Shown: in pieces, positions 49,128-60,880 of the stretch
How the letters are laid out: the number at the start of each line of letters is the position of its first letter
Position numbering within the stretch: the first letter of the stretch is position 1
NCBI GenBank assembly: GCA_963708135.1
Contig: OY970192.1
Span: forward strand, 1,984,001 to 2,048,000
Length of the DNA: 64,000 nt
Direction: 5' to 3'
From: an uncultured Gemmatimonadales bacterium
GTDB taxonomy: Bacteria > Gemmatimonadota > Gemmatimonadetes > Longimicrobiales > RSA9
Notes under the pieces: model-generated
Databases searched by the model: none
Told to the model about the DNA's origin: nothing
The model's input: only the letters and a program-made list of their open reading frames with translations
Made by a program: the position numbers and the translations under genes

Positions 49128-51460
49128 GCGCCGACGCGCCCGGCGTCGCCCGAACGGCACCCCTGCCCCGCGCCGGGGATCCCGAGGTCACGCCGGAGCT
49201 GGTCCGGGAGCACGGCCTCTCCGAGGACGAGTACGCGCGCATCCTCGAGGTGCTCGGGCGCACGCCGACCTACACCGAGCTGGGCGTCTTCAGCGCGCTC
49301 TGGTCGGAGCACTGCGGCTACAAGAACTCGAAGCCGCTGCTCCGCACACTCCCGACGAAGGCGCCGTGGGTTCTCCAGGGCCCGGGTGAGAACGCGGGCG
49401 TCATCGACATCGGCGAGGGCTGGGCCGTCGCCTTCAAGATCGAGTCGCACAACCACCCCTCGGCCGTGGAGCCCTACCAGGGCGCCGCCACGGGCGTGGG
49501 CGGCATCCTGCGCGACGTCTTCACCATGGGCGCCCGGCCGATCGCGGTGCTGGACTCGCTGCGCTTCGGCTCGCTCGCGCGCCCGCGCGTACGCTACCTC
49601 TTCGCGGGGGTGGTCAAGGGCATCGGCGACTACGGCAACTGCGTGGGCATTCCGAACATCGGCGGCGAAGTCTGGTTCGACGACGCCTACGAGGGCAACC
49701 CGCTCGTGAACGCGATGGCGATCGGACTCCTGAGGAAGGAGGAGCTGATCCGCGCGGAGGCCACGGGCGTCGGCAACCCGATCCTGGCGGTCGGGGCGCG
49801 CACGGGCCGGGATGGCATCCACGGCGCCACGTTCGCCTCCGAGGAGCTGGGCGAGGCGTCGGAGGCGCGGCGCCCGCAGGTCCAGGTGGGGGACCCGTTC
49901 ACGGAGAAGCTGCTCCTCGAGGCCTCGCTCGAGCTGATCGCGAGCGGCCACATCGTCGGGATCCAGGACATGGGCGCCGCGGGCCTCGCCTCCTCGTCCA
50001 CGGAGATGGCCGCGCGCGCGGGGACCGGCGTGGACATCGACACCTCGCTCGTGCCGGTGCGCGAGGAGGGAATGACGCCGTACGAGATCCTGCTCTCCGA
50101 GTCGCAGGAGCGGATGCTCGTGGTGGCGAAGGTCGGCCACGAGGGCGAGGTCGAGAAGATCCTGAACAAGTGGGAGCTGGAGGCGGCGGTCATCGGCCGC
50201 GTGACGGACGACGGTCTCTACCGCGTGCGCGAGGGCGGCGTCGTGGTCTGCGAGGTGCCGGGCGAGCCGCTCGTGACCGGTTGTCCGACCTACGTCCGCG
50301 AGGCCCGCGAGGCGGAGGAGCCGCGCCGGCTGCGCGCGTGGAATCCGATGGAGCTGGAAGGCGACGGCGGCCCCGCACATTCCGCGCGCGTCCTGCTCCG
50401 GCTGCTCGGCTCGCCGAACATCGCCTCCAAGGCCTGGGTCCACCGGCAGTACGACTCGACGGTGCGGACCAACACCGTCGAGGGCCCCGGCGGCGATGCC
50501 GGGGTGCTGCGCATCCGAGGCACCGCCAAGGGGATCGCCGCCACCGTGGACTGCAACGGCCGCTACACGTACCTGAATCCGCGCCGCGGCGGCAGCATCG
50601 CCGTGGCGGAGGCGGCCCGCAACCTCGTCTGCGTGGGCGCCCGGCCGCGCGCCGTGACGGACAACCTGAACTTCGGCAACCCGCTGAAGCCGGAGGTCTA
50701 CCACCAGCTCAGGGAAGCCGTGGCGGGGATCGCCGAGGCGTGCGAGCGCTTCGGGACCCCGGTGGTCAGCGGCAACGTCTCGCTCTACAACGAGAACCCC
50801 TCCGGCGCCATCTACCCGACGCCGGTCATCGGCATGGTGGGCGTGCTGGAGGACGTCACGACGCACGTCGGCTCCGCCTTCCGCGACGCCGGCGACGCAC
50901 TGGTCCTGCTGGGCCGGAACACCGGCGAGCTGGGCGGGTCCGAGTACCTGAAGGTCGTGCACGGCCGGGTCGGCGGGGACGCGCCCGCCGTGGACCTGGA
51001 TGCCGAGAAGGCGCTGCAGGAGGCAATGCTCGAGCTCGCCGACGCCCGCTTGCTGCAGAGCGCCCACGACTGCGCCGAGGGCGGCCTGGCCGTCTGCCTC
51101 GCCGAGAGCGCGATCCGCGACGGCGAGCGGCTCCTGGGCGTCGACGTCGTCCTCGACGACGATCTGCACGCCGCGCCGCTGCTGTTCGGCGAGGCGCAGG
51201 GCCGCATCGTCGTCTCGTGCGCCCCGGCCCGGGTGGACGAGGTGCTGGCGCTCGCCCAGCGGCGCGGAGTCCCCGCGGCGAGGATCGGGACGGTGGGCGA
51301 GCAAGGCGGCGTCTTCCGGGTGCGCACCCGTCGCGGCGTCGCCATCGAGCTCGCGGTGGCGGACCTCGACGAGGTCTGGCGGACGGCGATCCCGCGCGCG
51401 ATGGACCGTTCGCCCGCCGCCGTCGAGGTGAACGTGGAGCATCCGGCCATGCCGAGATAG
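49124..51460 (+). CDS. purL: FGAM synthase subunit PurL
   Basis: [34 protein letters not shown]. Confidence 0.97.
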   Translation: MSADAPGVARTAPLPRAGDPEVTPELVREHGLSEDEYARILEVLGRTPTYTELGVFSALWSEHCGYKNSKPLLRTLPTKAPWVLQGPGENAGVIDIGEGWAVAFKIESHNHPSAVEPYQGAATGVGGILRDVFTMGARPIAVLDSLRFGSLARPRVRYLFAGVVKGIGDYGNCVGIPNIGGEVWFDDAYEGNPLVNAMAIGLLRKEELIRAEATGVGNPILAVGARTGRDGIHGATFASEELGEASEARRPQVQVGDPFTEKLLLEASLELIASGHIVGIQDMGAAGLASSSTEMAARAGTGVDIDTSLVPVREEGMTPYEILLSESQERMLVVAKVGHEGEVEKILNKWELEAAVIGRVTDDGLYRVREGGVVVCEVPGEPLVTGCPTYVREAREAEEPRRLRAWNPMELEGDGGPAHSARVLLRLLGSPNIASKAWVHRQYDSTVRTNTVEGPGGDAGVLRIRGTAKGIAATVDCNGRYTYLNPRRGGSIAVAEAARNLVCVGARPRAVTDNLNFGNPLKPEVYHQLREAVAGIAEACERFGTPVVSGNVSLYNENPSGAIYPTPVIGMVGVLEDVTTHVGSAFRDAGDALVLLGRNTGELGGSEYLKVVHGRVGGDAPAVDLDAEKALQEAMLELADARLLQSAHDCAEGGLAVCLAESAIRDGERLLGVDVVLDDDLHAAPLLFGEAQGRIVVSCAPARVDEVLALAQRRGVPAARIGTVGEQGGVFRVRTRRGVAIELAVADLDEVWRTAIPRAMDRSPAAVEVNVEHPAMPR

Positions 51461-51471
51461 GATCTGCGGTC

Positions 51472-52851
51472 ATGTGTGGAATCGTTGGAGTCACCGGTCT
51501 CGAGCACGCCGCCGAGGTGGCGTTCCTCGGCCTCTACGCCCTTCAGCACCGCGGGCAGGAGGCGGCGGGGATCTGCGCCTTCGAGGACGGCACGGCGCGG
51601 TTGCACAAGGCGCGCGGCCTGGTGGTCGAGGGCTTCGACGACCAGGTCCTCTCGACGTTGCCCGGCCGCACCGCCCTCGGCCACACGCGCTACTCGACGG
51701 CGGGCGGCGAGGGGCTGGTGAACGCCCAGCCGATCGTGGTCCGCTACCACCACGGTGACCTCGCCCTGGTCCACAACGGCAACATCACGAACGCCCGCGT
51801 GCTGCGCGATGAGCTGGTCCGGGAGGGCGCGCTCTTCCAGGCGACCGTGGACTCCGAGGTCATCGTCCACCTGATCGCCCGTTCGCGCGAGGCAACGGTC
51901 GAGGCGCAGATCCGCGACGCTCTCTCCCGGCTGGTCGGCGCCTACTCCGTGCTCATCACCGTCGATGCGACGCTCTACGCCGCGCGCGACCCGTGGGGCT
52001 TCCGCCCGCTCGTCCTCGGACGCACCGACGATGGCGGCTGGGTGGCCGCCAGCGAGACCTGCGCGCTCGACCTCGTCCACGCCCGCTACGTCCGCGAGGT
52101 GCGCCCGGGCGAGATCGTCCGCATCCGCGACGGCGAGCTCGCCTCGCTCCCCGGCGCCGAGCCGGCCGAGCAGGCGCGGCCGTGCATCTTCGAGCTCATC
52201 TACTTCGCCCGCCCGGACTCGCGCGTCTGGGGCGAGAGCGTGGACCGCGCCCGCCGCGCCTTCGGCCGCCAGCTCGCCCGCGAGCACCCCGCGGACGCCG
52301 ACTGCGTCTTCAGCGTCCCCGACTCCTCCAATGCCGCCGCCCTCGGCTTCAGCGAGGAGAGCGGGATCCCGCTCGAGCTCGGCCTCATCCGCAACCACTA
52401 CGTCGGCCGCACCTTCATCCACCCGACCCAGGCCGGCCGCGACTTCCGCGTCCGCATCAAGTACAACCCCGTCCGCGAGGTCATCGACGGCAAGCGCGTC
52501 GTCGTCGTCGACGACTCGCTCGTCCGCGGCACCACCAGCCGCGGGCTCGTCTCCCTCATCCGCGAGGCCGGCGCCCGCGAGGTCCACCTGCGCGTGGCCA
52601 GCCCCCCGGTGAAATTCCCCTGCTACTACGGCATCGACATGCCCACCCGCGAGGAGCTGATCGGCGCCCAACTCTCCGTCGAGGAGATCCGCGAGCGCCT
52701 CGACGTGGACTCCCTCGGCTACCTCTCCCTCGACGGCATGGAGAGCGCCGTCGCCCGCGGCGGCTCCTTCTGCACCGCCTGCTTCTCCGGCACCTATTCC
52801 GCCCCTCTCGTCGACCTCGAGAACGGCTTCGCCGTCTCGTCGCACTGCTGA
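51472..52851 (+). CDS. purF: Amidophosphoribosyltransferase
   Basis: MCGIVG, LQHRGQE, HTRYST, VDDSLVRGTT. Confidence 0.97.
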   Translation: MCGIVGVTGLEHAAEVAFLGLYALQHRGQEAAGICAFEDGTARLHKARGLVVEGFDDQVLSTLPGRTALGHTRYSTAGGEGLVNAQPIVVRYHHGDLALVHNGNITNARVLRDELVREGALFQATVDSEVIVHLIARSREATVEAQIRDALSRLVGAYSVLITVDATLYAARDPWGFRPLVLGRTDDGGWVAASETCALDLVHARYVREVRPGEIVRIRDGELASLPGAEPAEQARPCIFELIYFARPDSRVWGESVDRARRAFGRQLAREHPADADCVFSVPDSSNAAALGFSEESGIPLELGLIRNHYVGRTFIHPTQAGRDFRVRIKYNPVREVIDGKRVVVVDDSLVRGTTSRGLVSLIREAGAREVHLRVASPPVKFPCYYGIDMPTREELIGAQLSVEEIRERLDVDSLGYLSLDGMESAVARGGSFCTACFSGTYSAPLVDLENGFAVSSHC

Positions 52852-53028
52852 CGTTTAGCGGGGCTGGAGGCTTCCCCGCGGCGCGCCTCTTGTATTCCTC
52901 CTCCGGCATCCTGGCCCGGTAAGGCGGCGTCCCCCGGGACGCCCTGGCCGAACGGGACGGATTGTCTCAGCCGGCGGAGCCGAGCGATGCGCCGCTTCGC
53001 CCCATTCCCGGATCATGGGGGCGCGCCC

Positions 53029-53493
53029 GTGAAGCACCTGCACCTACCGCCCGAGCGACCGCGGCCGCGCGGGCTCCGCAGCGTGAACGAGCTGTTCGAG
53101 GAGCAGCTCACGGTCGGCCAGCGGCTGGCGGACCGCGTGGCCACCCTCATGGGCTCGTGGCGGTTCATCCTGATCCAGTCGCTGCTCCTGCTGATCTGGG
53201 TTATCCTCAACGTGACCGCCTGGGTTCGGCACTGGGACCCCTATCCGTTCATCCTCATGAACCTGGTGCTGTCGATGCAGGCGGCCTACACGGCGCCGGT
53301 GATCCTCATGAGCCAGAACCGGCTGGCGGCGCGCGATCGCCTGGAGGCGCACAACGACTTCGTGGTGAACCAGAAGGCGGAGGAGGAGATCCGCGCGATC
53401 ATCGGGCACCTGGAGGCCCAGGACCAGGCGCTCCTCGAGCTGGCGCGCGGGATGGTGGCGCTGCGGGAGAAGCTCGGCGTGGACGCGGAATGA
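53029..53493 (+). CDS. DUF1003 membrane protein
   Basis: GSWRFI, DPYPFILMNLVLS.QAAY.APVILMSQNR. Confidence 0.9.
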   Translation: MKHLHLPPERPRPRGLRSVNELFEEQLTVGQRLADRVATLMGSWRFILIQSLLLLIWVILNVTAWVRHWDPYPFILMNLVLSMQAAYTAPVILMSQNRLAARDRLEAHNDFVVNQKAEEEIRAIIGHLEAQDQALLELARGMVALREKLGVDAE

Positions 53494-53600
53494 GGCCAGC
53501 CGGTCCGGGAGGCGGCCACGGGGTCGCGGGGCGTGCGGGCTGGCCCGGTTCTTGTGTCAGAAAACGGTAGCGACTCCGACCATCCAGGGCGGGAGAGACC

Positions 53601-56288
53601 ATGCCCGAACGACTCGTATTCTACTTCGGCCGCGACGGCGCCGACGGCAGCCGCGCGGACAAGCCGCTGCTGGGCGGCAAGGGCGCGAACCTGGCCGAGA
53701 TGACGCGCATCGGCGTACCGGTGCCGCCCGGCTTCACGATCACGACGGAGGTCTGCAACGCGTACCTCCGCAACGGCGAATACCCGGACGGGCTCCGGTC
53801 GGACGTCCAGGCGGCGCTCGAGCGGGTGGAGCAGGACACCGGCAAGCGGTTCGGCGGAACCGCGAATCCGCTGCTCGTGTCGGTGCGGAGCGGTGCGTTC
53901 GTGTCGATGCCGGGGATGATGGACACGATCCTGAACCTGGGGCTGAACGAGCGCACGGTGGCGGCCCTGGCCGCGGAGGCGGCGGACGAGCGCTTCGCGT
54001 ACGACTCGTTCCGGCGCTTCATCCAGATGTACGCCGACGTGGTGCTCTCGGTCCGCTCTCCAAAGTTCGAGGCTCTGCTGGAGCGGAAGCGCTCCGAGGC
54101 GGGCGTGGAGAGCGATCACGAGCTGACGGCGGAGGCGCTGAAGGCCCTCGTGGCCGAGTACAAGGAGCTGGTCCGGCAGGCCACGGGACGGGAGTTTCCC
54201 GAGGACCCGGAGGCGCAGCTCTGGGGGGCCATCGAGGCGGTGTTTCGCTCGTGGCACAACGAGCGCGCGATCGCCTACCGGCGCGTCAACGGCATATCGG
54301 AGGAGCTGGGCACGGCCGTCAACGTCGTGTCCATGGTCTACGGCAACATGGGCGACGACTCGGGCACGGGGGTGGCGTTCACCCGCGATCCGTCCACGGG
54401 CGAGCCCCGCTTCTTCGGCGAGTTCCTGGTGAACGCGCAGGGTGAGGACGTGGTGGCGGGGATCCGCAACCCGCTTTCGATCGAGCAGATGGCCGACCGG
54501 CTGCCGGGCGCGTACCGCGAGCTGCTGGAGGTCCAGAAGAAGCTGGAGCGCCATTACCGAGAGATGCAGGACATCGAGTTCACGGTCGAGAAGGGCCGCC
54601 TGTACCTGCTGCAGACGCGCACCGGAAAGCGGACCGCGGCGGCGGCCGTTCGCGTCGCCGTGGACATGGTGGACGAGGGGCTGATCGACGAGACCGAGGC
54701 GGTGATGCGGGTCGATCCGGCCGCGCTGAACCAGGCGCTTCACCCGCGGCTGGACCCGTCGGCACAGGTCGACCTCCTCGCCCGGGGGCTGCCGGCCTCG
54801 CCGGGCGCCGCGGCGGGACGCGTCGTCTTCGACCCCGACACGGCCGGCGAGTGGGCCGAGCGCGGCGAGCCCGTCATCCTGGTCCGGCGCGAGACCTCGC
54901 CCGAGGACTTCCAGGGGATGGTGGCCGCGCGGGCCATCGTGACCTGCCGCGGCGGCATGACTTCCCACGCGGCCGTCGTGGCCCGCGGGATGGGCAAATG
55001 CTGCGTCGTGGGCGCGCACGACCTCGGCTGTGACGAGGCGGAGGGCCTCCTCACCGCTGGCGGCCATACCGTTCGCCAGGGCGAGTGGATCACGGTCGAT
55101 GGCACGACCGGCAGGATCCTGCTCGGCAAGGTGCCGACCGTGGAGCCCGAGCTCTCCGAGCACTTCCACCGCCTCCTGAAGTGGGCGGACGGGCTGCGCC
55201 GGCTGGGCGTCCGTACCAACGCCGACACGCCCGCCGACGCCGCCCGCGCGCGCGAGCTTGGCGCCGAGGGGATCGGCCTCTGCCGCACCGAACACATGTT
55301 CTTCGAGGGCGAGCGCATCACCGCCATGCGCGAGATGATCCTCGCCCGCGGCGAGGAGGAGCGGCGGGACGCGCTCGCGCGCATCCTGCCCATGCAGCGC
55401 GACGACTTCAAGGGCATCTTCGCGGCCATGGACGGCCTGCCGGTCACGATCCGGCTGCTCGACCCGCCGCTGCACGAGTTCCTGCCCCGGACCGAGGCCG
55501 AGATCCAGAGCTTCGCCTCCGCCACCGGGATCGACGCCGACGAGGTCCGCCGCGCCGTCGAGCGCCACCGCGAGGCGAATCCGATGCTCGGCCACCGCGG
55601 CTGCCGCATCGGCATCAGCTACCCGGAGATCACCGAGATGCAGGTGCGGGCGATCTTCGAGGCCGCGGTCGATGCGCAGGCCGAGGGCATCACGGTGCGC
55701 CCGGAGGTCATGGTGCCGCTCGTCTCCGACGTCCGCGAGCTGCGTCGCCAGAAGCAGCTCATCCGCCGCGTAGCGGACGACGTCGCGCGCGAGCGGGGGG
55801 TCGAGATCCCCTACCTCGTGGGGACCATGATCGAGCTGCCCCGCGCCGCCCTCACCGCAGCCGCGATTGCCGGCGAGGCGGAGTTCTTCTCCTTCGGCAC
55901 AAACGACCTCACCCAGACCACCTTCGGCCTCTCACGCGACGACGCCGGCTCCTTCCTGCCCCGCTACGTCGAGGAGGGCATCTTCTCCGACGACCCCTTC
56001 CAGGTCCTCGACCGCCAGGGCGTCGGCACCCTCATCGAGATGGCCACCCGCGCCGGCCGGGAGGCACGACCCGGTCTCAAGGTCGGAATCTGCGGCGAGC
56101 ATGGCGGCGAGCCCCGCTCCGTCCAGTTCTTCGACTCCGTCGGGCTCGACTACGTCTCCTGCTCCCCCTTCCGCGTCCCCGTCGCGCGGCTCGCCGCCGC
56201 GCACGCCGCCGTCGAGGCCGCCCGCAAGTCGCCGCCCGCCCCGCCCACCCCCGGCACAGGGAGGCCCGTGGCCAACGCCGCCGACTGA
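53601..56288 (+). CDS. ppdK: Pyruvate, phosphate dikinase
   Basis: GGKGANL, SVRSGA, GGMTSHAAVVARG, FGTNDLTQ, GICGEHGG. Confidence 0.98.
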   Translation: MPERLVFYFGRDGADGSRADKPLLGGKGANLAEMTRIGVPVPPGFTITTEVCNAYLRNGEYPDGLRSDVQAALERVEQDTGKRFGGTANPLLVSVRSGAFVSMPGMMDTILNLGLNERTVAALAAEAADERFAYDSFRRFIQMYADVVLSVRSPKFEALLERKRSEAGVESDHELTAEALKALVAEYKELVRQATGREFPEDPEAQLWGAIEAVFRSWHNERAIAYRRVNGISEELGTAVNVVSMVYGNMGDDSGTGVAFTRDPSTGEPRFFGEFLVNAQGEDVVAGIRNPLSIEQMADRLPGAYRELLEVQKKLERHYREMQDIEFTVEKGRLYLLQTRTGKRTAAAAVRVAVDMVDEGLIDETEAVMRVDPAALNQALHPRLDPSAQVDLLARGLPASPGAAAGRVVFDPDTAGEWAERGEPVILVRRETSPEDFQGMVAARAIVTCRGGMTSHAAVVARGMGKCCVVGAHDLGCDEAEGLLTAGGHTVRQGEWITVDGTTGRILLGKVPTVEPELSEHFHRLLKWADGLRRLGVRTNADTPADAARARELGAEGIGLCRTEHMFFEGERITAMREMILARGEEERRDALARILPMQRDDFKGIFAAMDGLPVTIRLLDPPLHEFLPRTEAEIQSFASATGIDADEVRRAVERHREANPMLGHRGCRIGISYPEITEMQVRAIFEAAVDAQAEGITVRPEVMVPLVSDVRELRRQKQLIRRVADDVARERGVEIPYLVGTMIELPRAALTAAAIAGEAEFFSFGTNDLTQTTFGLSRDDAGSFLPRYVEEGIFSDDPFQVLDRQGVGTLIEMATRAGREARPGLKVGICGEHGGEPRSVQFFDSVGLDYVSCSPFRVPVARLAAAHAAVEAARKSPPAPPTPGTGRPVANAAD

Positions 56289-56401
56289 GGCGCGATGGGC
56301 GCCGCCCCGGCGGCGCAAACTCGCAACGGCGGGTGGGGGACCTGCAACCTACGAGCTCGCATTCGGTTGCCGGCACAGCGTTCCCCGCCTAGATTTCGTC
56401 C

Positions 56402-59400
56402 ATGAAACACCCGGTTGAGAAATCAGGAACTGGCCCGCTCCGAGCGGCCGCGTCGCGGCCGCTCGCGCGCATCATCCCCCTGCTCCTGCTCGCCACGGCC
56501 ACCTGCGCGCGGCCTGCGCCGCGCTCCGTGCCGGCGCCGGGCGGCATTTCCGGGTCGGCCGAGCTCGTGCTGCTCGGCACGACGGACGTCCACGCCCACC
56601 TCTATCCCTACGACTACTACACGGGCCGGCCGACGGACCGAGGGCTGGCGCTGCTCGCGCCGCTGATCGACAGCGTGCGCGCGGCGCACCCCGGGGACGC
56701 GTACCTTTTCGACTCCGGCGACCTGCTCGAGGGGACGCCGCTCGCCTTCGTGTACGCGCGGCTGCACCCGGAGCAGCCGAGCCCGGTCATCCGGGCCATG
56801 AACCTCCTTCGCTACGACGCCTCGGGGGTCGGCAACCACGAGTACAACTACGGGCTCGAGACGCTGGACCGGGCGGTGGCGGAGTCGCGCTTCCCGTTCG
56901 TTTCGGCGAACGTTTTCCGGCACGGCACGGACCAGCACGCGTACCGGCCCTACGTGCTGATCCCGCACGTGGTCGCGCCGGGGGATACGATCCTGATCGG
57001 CGTGACAGGCAACACGCCGCCCGGCGTCGCGCTGTGGGACCAGGCGCATGTGCGGGGGAGGCTGGACTTCCGGGACGTGGTGGCGTCGCTCCGGCCGGTC
57101 GTGGCGGAGATGAAACGGCGGGGAGCCGACGTTGTGGTAGTGCTGTCCCACGGCGGCCTGGACGGCACGAGCTACGACACGCTGGCCACCGGCGTGCCGC
57201 CGGAAAACGAGTCGCTGCGGGTGGCGCGGGAGATCCCCGGCGTGGACGTGATCTTCATGGGGCACACGCATCGCGAGCTGGCGGACAGCGTGGTGAACGG
57301 CGTGCTGCTGACGCAGGCGAAGAACTGGGCGAGGAGCGTCTCGGTGGTGGACCTCCGGCTGCGGCGGCAGGCGGCCGGCCGGTGGAGCGTGGCGTCGAAG
57401 CACGCGACGCTGCTCGAGGCGGATCCGTCGCGCGTGGACAGCGCCTTTCTCGACTCGCTGCGCTGGGAGCACGAGCGGACCGTGGCCTACGTGCGCTCCG
57501 TGATCGGCCGCTCGACGGAGCGTATGGAGGCCGCCCGGGCCCGGGTCGAGGACACGCCGATCCTGGACTTCGTGAACGAGGTGCAGCGGGAGGCCGCGGG
57601 CGCGGACCTCTCCGCCACGGCGGCCTTCTCGACCAGCGCGGCGATCCCGAAGGGGCCGATCACGGTGGCGGCCATCGCCGGGCTCTACACCTACGACAAC
57701 ACGCTCAGGGCGGTGCGGATCACGGGCGCGGAGCTGCGCGCCTACCTGGAGAAGTCGGCGGAGTACTATACCGGCTGGCCGGCGCCGGCGGGCGGGAGCG
57801 TGACGGACCCGAAGGTGCCGGGCTACAACTTCGACGTGGTCAGCGGCGTGGATTATACGATCGACCTGTCGAAGCCGGTGGGGTCGCGGATCACGGAGCT
57901 CCGCTGGCACGGCGCGCCGGTGCGCCTGGACCAGACCTTCACGCTGGCGCTGAACAATTACCGTCAGACGGGCGGTGGCGGGTTCACCATGCTGGCGGAC
58001 GCGCCCGTAGTGTACGACCGGCAGGAGGACATCCGCGACCTGCTCATCGCGTACGTGAGGCGGCACGGCACGATCCGGCCGGAGGACTTCTTCCACCGTA
58101 GCTGGCGCGTCGTGCCCGCGCAGGCGGCCGAGGCCGCGGCGCGGGAGCAGCGGCCGCGGGAGACGGCGCAGGCGACGTCGCCTTCCACGGTCCCGGCGAC
58201 CGTCCGGCTGCGCGTCCTGGCCACCTCCGACCTTCACGGCCACCTCCTCCCGGAGACGCCCCCGTGGGCGCATGGCCGGGTAGTGGGAGGCGCCGCCGCG
58301 CTGGCCGGCTACTTCGAGGCCGAGCGCGAGGGCTTCGGCGGGCCGACGCTGCTCGTGGATGCCGGCGACCTCATGCAGGGCACCCCGATCTCCAACCTCA
58401 CGGCCGGACGTGCCGCGATCGCCTTCTACGACCGGGCCGGGTACGGCGCGGCGGCCATCGGCAACCACGAGTACGACTGGGGCACCGCCGTGCTGCGGGA
58501 CCGGCTGCGGCAGGCGGACTTCCCGTGGCTCGCGGCCAACGAGTTCGTGGCCGGCACCGACACGGCGCCCTCCTGGGTGAAGCCGACGGCGCTGCTGGAC
58601 GTGGACGGCGTGAAGGTCGGCGTCATCGGCCTCGCGACCGAAGCGACGCCGACGACGACGCGCGCCGAGAACGTGCGAGGCCTCGAGTTCCGGAGCGGCG
58701 CGGCCGCCATCGACCGCTGGGTCCCCGAGCTGCGCCGGGCGGGGGCCCGGTTCGTCGTCGTCCTCGCGCACAGCGGCGCCATCTGCCGGGCCCACGCGAG
58801 CTGCGAGGGCGAGGTCCTCGACTGGGCCCGCGCCGCTCACGCACGCCCCGACCTCCTCGTGGCCGGGCACACCCACCAGGTGCTGGGAACGGGCGTGAAC
58901 GGCATCCCGATCGTGGAGCCCGGGTCCTACGGCCAGGAGTACGCCGTCGTCGATCTCTCGCGCGACGGCGCCGGCGCGGTCCACGCCCGGGTGCGTGGCA
59001 TCCCCACGACCTTCGACGACCGCGTGGCGCCGGACACCGCCGTGGCCGCGCTGGTCGCGCGCTACGCCGCCGAAATCGGTCCGCGCGTGGCCACCGTCGA
59101 GGCGCGCCTGGCGGAGCCGCTCCGCCGCACCGGCGGCGACTATCCGCTCGGCCGCCTGATCGCGGACGCGCAGCGCTGGGCCGCCGGCGCGCAGACCGCA
59201 ATCATGAACGACGGCGGCATCCGCCGCGACCTGGACGCCGGCCCCCTCACCTGGGGCACGCTCTACGAGCTGCAGCCGTTCCAGAACCGGCTGGTCCGAC
59301 TCACCCTGACCGGCGCCCGCCTGCGCGCCGCGGTCGAGCACGCGGTCGGCGGCCGGCAGCCGGACGCCAACGTGAGCGGGCTCCTGGCCGTCTACGACCC

Positions 59401-59704
59401 CGCCGCTCCCCCCGGCCGCCGTGTGCTCACGCTGACGCTGGAGAGCGGCGAACCGGTTCGGGACGACGCGCTCTACACCGTCGCCGTGACGGACTTCCTG
59501 GCCGACGGCGGCGACGGCTTCGACGCGCTCTCGGGACCGGTCTCCCGCGAGGACACGGGCGTCGTCGATCTCGATGCCCTCATCCACTACCTGAAGGGAC
59601 TGCCGCAACCGGTCGAGGCGCCGGACGCGCCGCGGCTGCGCTCGGCGGCGCCGCCCGCCGCCGCGGCCCCGGCCGATCGGCGCGGCGCACGACAGCGGAG
59701 CTGA
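56402..59704 (+). CDS. Secreted tandem 2',3'-cyclic phosphodiesterase / 5'-nucleotidase (two metallophosphatase plus C-terminal units)
   Basis: TTDVH, DSGD, GNHE, GHTH then TSDLH, DAGD, GNHE, GHTH; two 5'-nucleotidase C-terminal domains. Confidence 0.9.
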   Translation: MKHPVEKSGTGPLRAAASRPLARIIPLLLLATATCARPAPRSVPAPGGISGSAELVLLGTTDVHAHLYPYDYYTGRPTDRGLALLAPLIDSVRAAHPGDAYLFDSGDLLEGTPLAFVYARLHPEQPSPVIRAMNLLRYDASGVGNHEYNYGLETLDRAVAESRFPFVSANVFRHGTDQHAYRPYVLIPHVVAPGDTILIGVTGNTPPGVALWDQAHVRGRLDFRDVVASLRPVVAEMKRRGADVVVVLSHGGLDGTSYDTLATGVPPENESLRVAREIPGVDVIFMGHTHRELADSVVNGVLLTQAKNWARSVSVVDLRLRRQAAGRWSVASKHATLLEADPSRVDSAFLDSLRWEHERTVAYVRSVIGRSTERMEAARARVEDTPILDFVNEVQREAAGADLSATAAFSTSAAIPKGPITVAAIAGLYTYDNTLRAVRITGAELRAYLEKSAEYYTGWPAPAGGSVTDPKVPGYNFDVVSGVDYTIDLSKPVGSRITELRWHGAPVRLDQTFTLALNNYRQTGGGGFTMLADAPVVYDRQEDIRDLLIAYVRRHGTIRPEDFFHRSWRVVPAQAAEAAAREQRPRETAQATSPSTVPATVRLRVLATSDLHGHLLPETPPWAHGRVVGGAAALAGYFEAEREGFGGPTLLVDAGDLMQGTPISNLTAGRAAIAFYDRAGYGAAAIGNHEYDWGTAVLRDRLRQADFPWLAANEFVAGTDTAPSWVKPTALLDVDGVKVGVIGLATEATPTTTRAENVRGLEFRSGAAAIDRWVPELRRAGARFVVVLAHSGAICRAHASCEGEVLDWARAAHARPDLLVAGHTHQVLGTGVNGIPIVEPGSYGQEYAVVDLSRDGAGAVHARVRGIPTTFDDRVAPDTAVAALVARYAAEIGPRVATVEARLAEPLRRTGGDYPLGRLIADAQRWAAGAQTAIMNDGGIRRDLDAGPLTWGTLYELQPFQNRLVRLTLTGARLRAAVEHAVGGRQPDANVSGLLAVYDPAAPPGRRVLTLTLESGEPVRDDALYTVAVTDFLADGGDGFDALSGPVSREDTGVVDLDALIHYLKGLPQPVEAPDAPRLRSAAPPAAAAPADRRGARQRS

Positions 59705-59705
59705 C

Positions 59706-60761
59706 ATGCCGATCGAGCCTAACCGCGAGCTGCTTCGGCGGCTCCCAAAGACGGACCTGCACGTGCACCTGGATGGCAGCGTGCGCCCGGAGACGATGGT
59801 CGAGCTGGCGCGTGCGGCCGGCCGCGAGCTGCCGCGCTGGGATCCCGCCGAGCTGCGCGAGCACATGCATGTGAAGGAGGCCACCAATCTCGTCGAGTAC
59901 CTCGAGCGCTTCGACACCACCCTCGCCGTCATGCAGAGCGCCAATGCGCTCGAGCGGATCGCCTACGAGCTCGCCGAGGACGCCTGGAGCGAGAACGTCC
60001 GCTACATGGAGGTCCGCTACTCGCCGGTGCTGAACATCCAGGAGGGGCTGAGCCTCGAGGAGGCCGTCGAGGCGCCGCTGCGTGGCCTCCGCCGCGCGGA
60101 GAGGGACCTCGGCATCCGCACCGGCGTCATCATCTGCGGGCTCCGCAACATGAGCCCGAACACCTCCATGGACCTCGCCGAGCTCACCGTCGCCTTCAAG
60201 GATCGCGGCATCGTCGCTTTCGATCTCGCCGGCGCGGAGTACAACTACCCGGCCAAGAAGCACCGCGAGGCCTTCTACGCCGTCGTGAACGCCAACATCG
60301 CCGCCACCATCCACGCCGGCGAGGCGTACGGCCCGGAGTCGATCCACCAGGCGCTCCACTACTGCAACGCGAACCGCATCGGCCACGGCACCCGGCTCTT
60401 CGAGGACCCGGACCTCATGAAGTACGTGAACGACTTCCGCATCCCGCTCGAGATCTGCCTCACCTCGAACGTGCAGACCCGCGCCGTTCCTTCCTTCGAG
60501 GACCACCCGCTGCGCCTCTACTTCGACGAGGGGCTCGTCGTCACGCTCAACACCGACAATCGCCTGATGAGCGCGACCACCGTGACCGAGGAGTACTGGC
60601 GCGCCCACGAGCACCTCGGCTTCACGTGGGCCGAGCTCACGCGCGTCGCGCTCATGGGCTTCGAGAGCGCGTTCCTGCCCTACCGCGAGAAGGCGACGCT
60701 GCTAAGGGAGGTCGGGGCGGAAATCGCGGTGCTGGACGCGGAGGCGCTCGGCGCGAGTTAG
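59706..60761 (+). CDS. add: Adenosine deaminase
   Basis: DLHVHLDGS, HAGE, RIGHG, NTDN. Confidence 0.95.
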   Translation: MPIEPNRELLRRLPKTDLHVHLDGSVRPETMVELARAAGRELPRWDPAELREHMHVKEATNLVEYLERFDTTLAVMQSANALERIAYELAEDAWSENVRYMEVRYSPVLNIQEGLSLEEAVEAPLRGLRRAERDLGIRTGVIICGLRNMSPNTSMDLAELTVAFKDRGIVAFDLAGAEYNYPAKKHREAFYAVVNANIAATIHAGEAYGPESIHQALHYCNANRIGHGTRLFEDPDLMKYVNDFRIPLEICLTSNVQTRAVPSFEDHPLRLYFDEGLVVTLNTDNRLMSATTVTEEYWRAHEHLGFTWAELTRVALMGFESAFLPYREKATLLREVGAEIAVLDAEALGAS

Positions 60762-60823
60762 CTTCGGTGGGGACCGGCTCGGAGCCGCGCCGGGGCAGGA
60801 CGACAAGGACGACGGCGATGGAA

Positions 60824-60863
60824 AGAGGGGGGCCGCTCTCGCGAGCAGTCCCCCTCATCCTTT
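60824..60863. terminator. Probable terminator between convergent add and TonB receptor genes
   Basis: Imperfect hairpin GAGGGGGGCCGCTC...GAGCAGTCCCCCTC. Confidence 0.55.
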
Positions 60864-60880
60864 GGCGACTCAGCCGACGA

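Noticed and set aside
56289..56401. Purine riboswitch before the nucleotidase-add genes
   Set aside because: No recognisable conserved aptamer core
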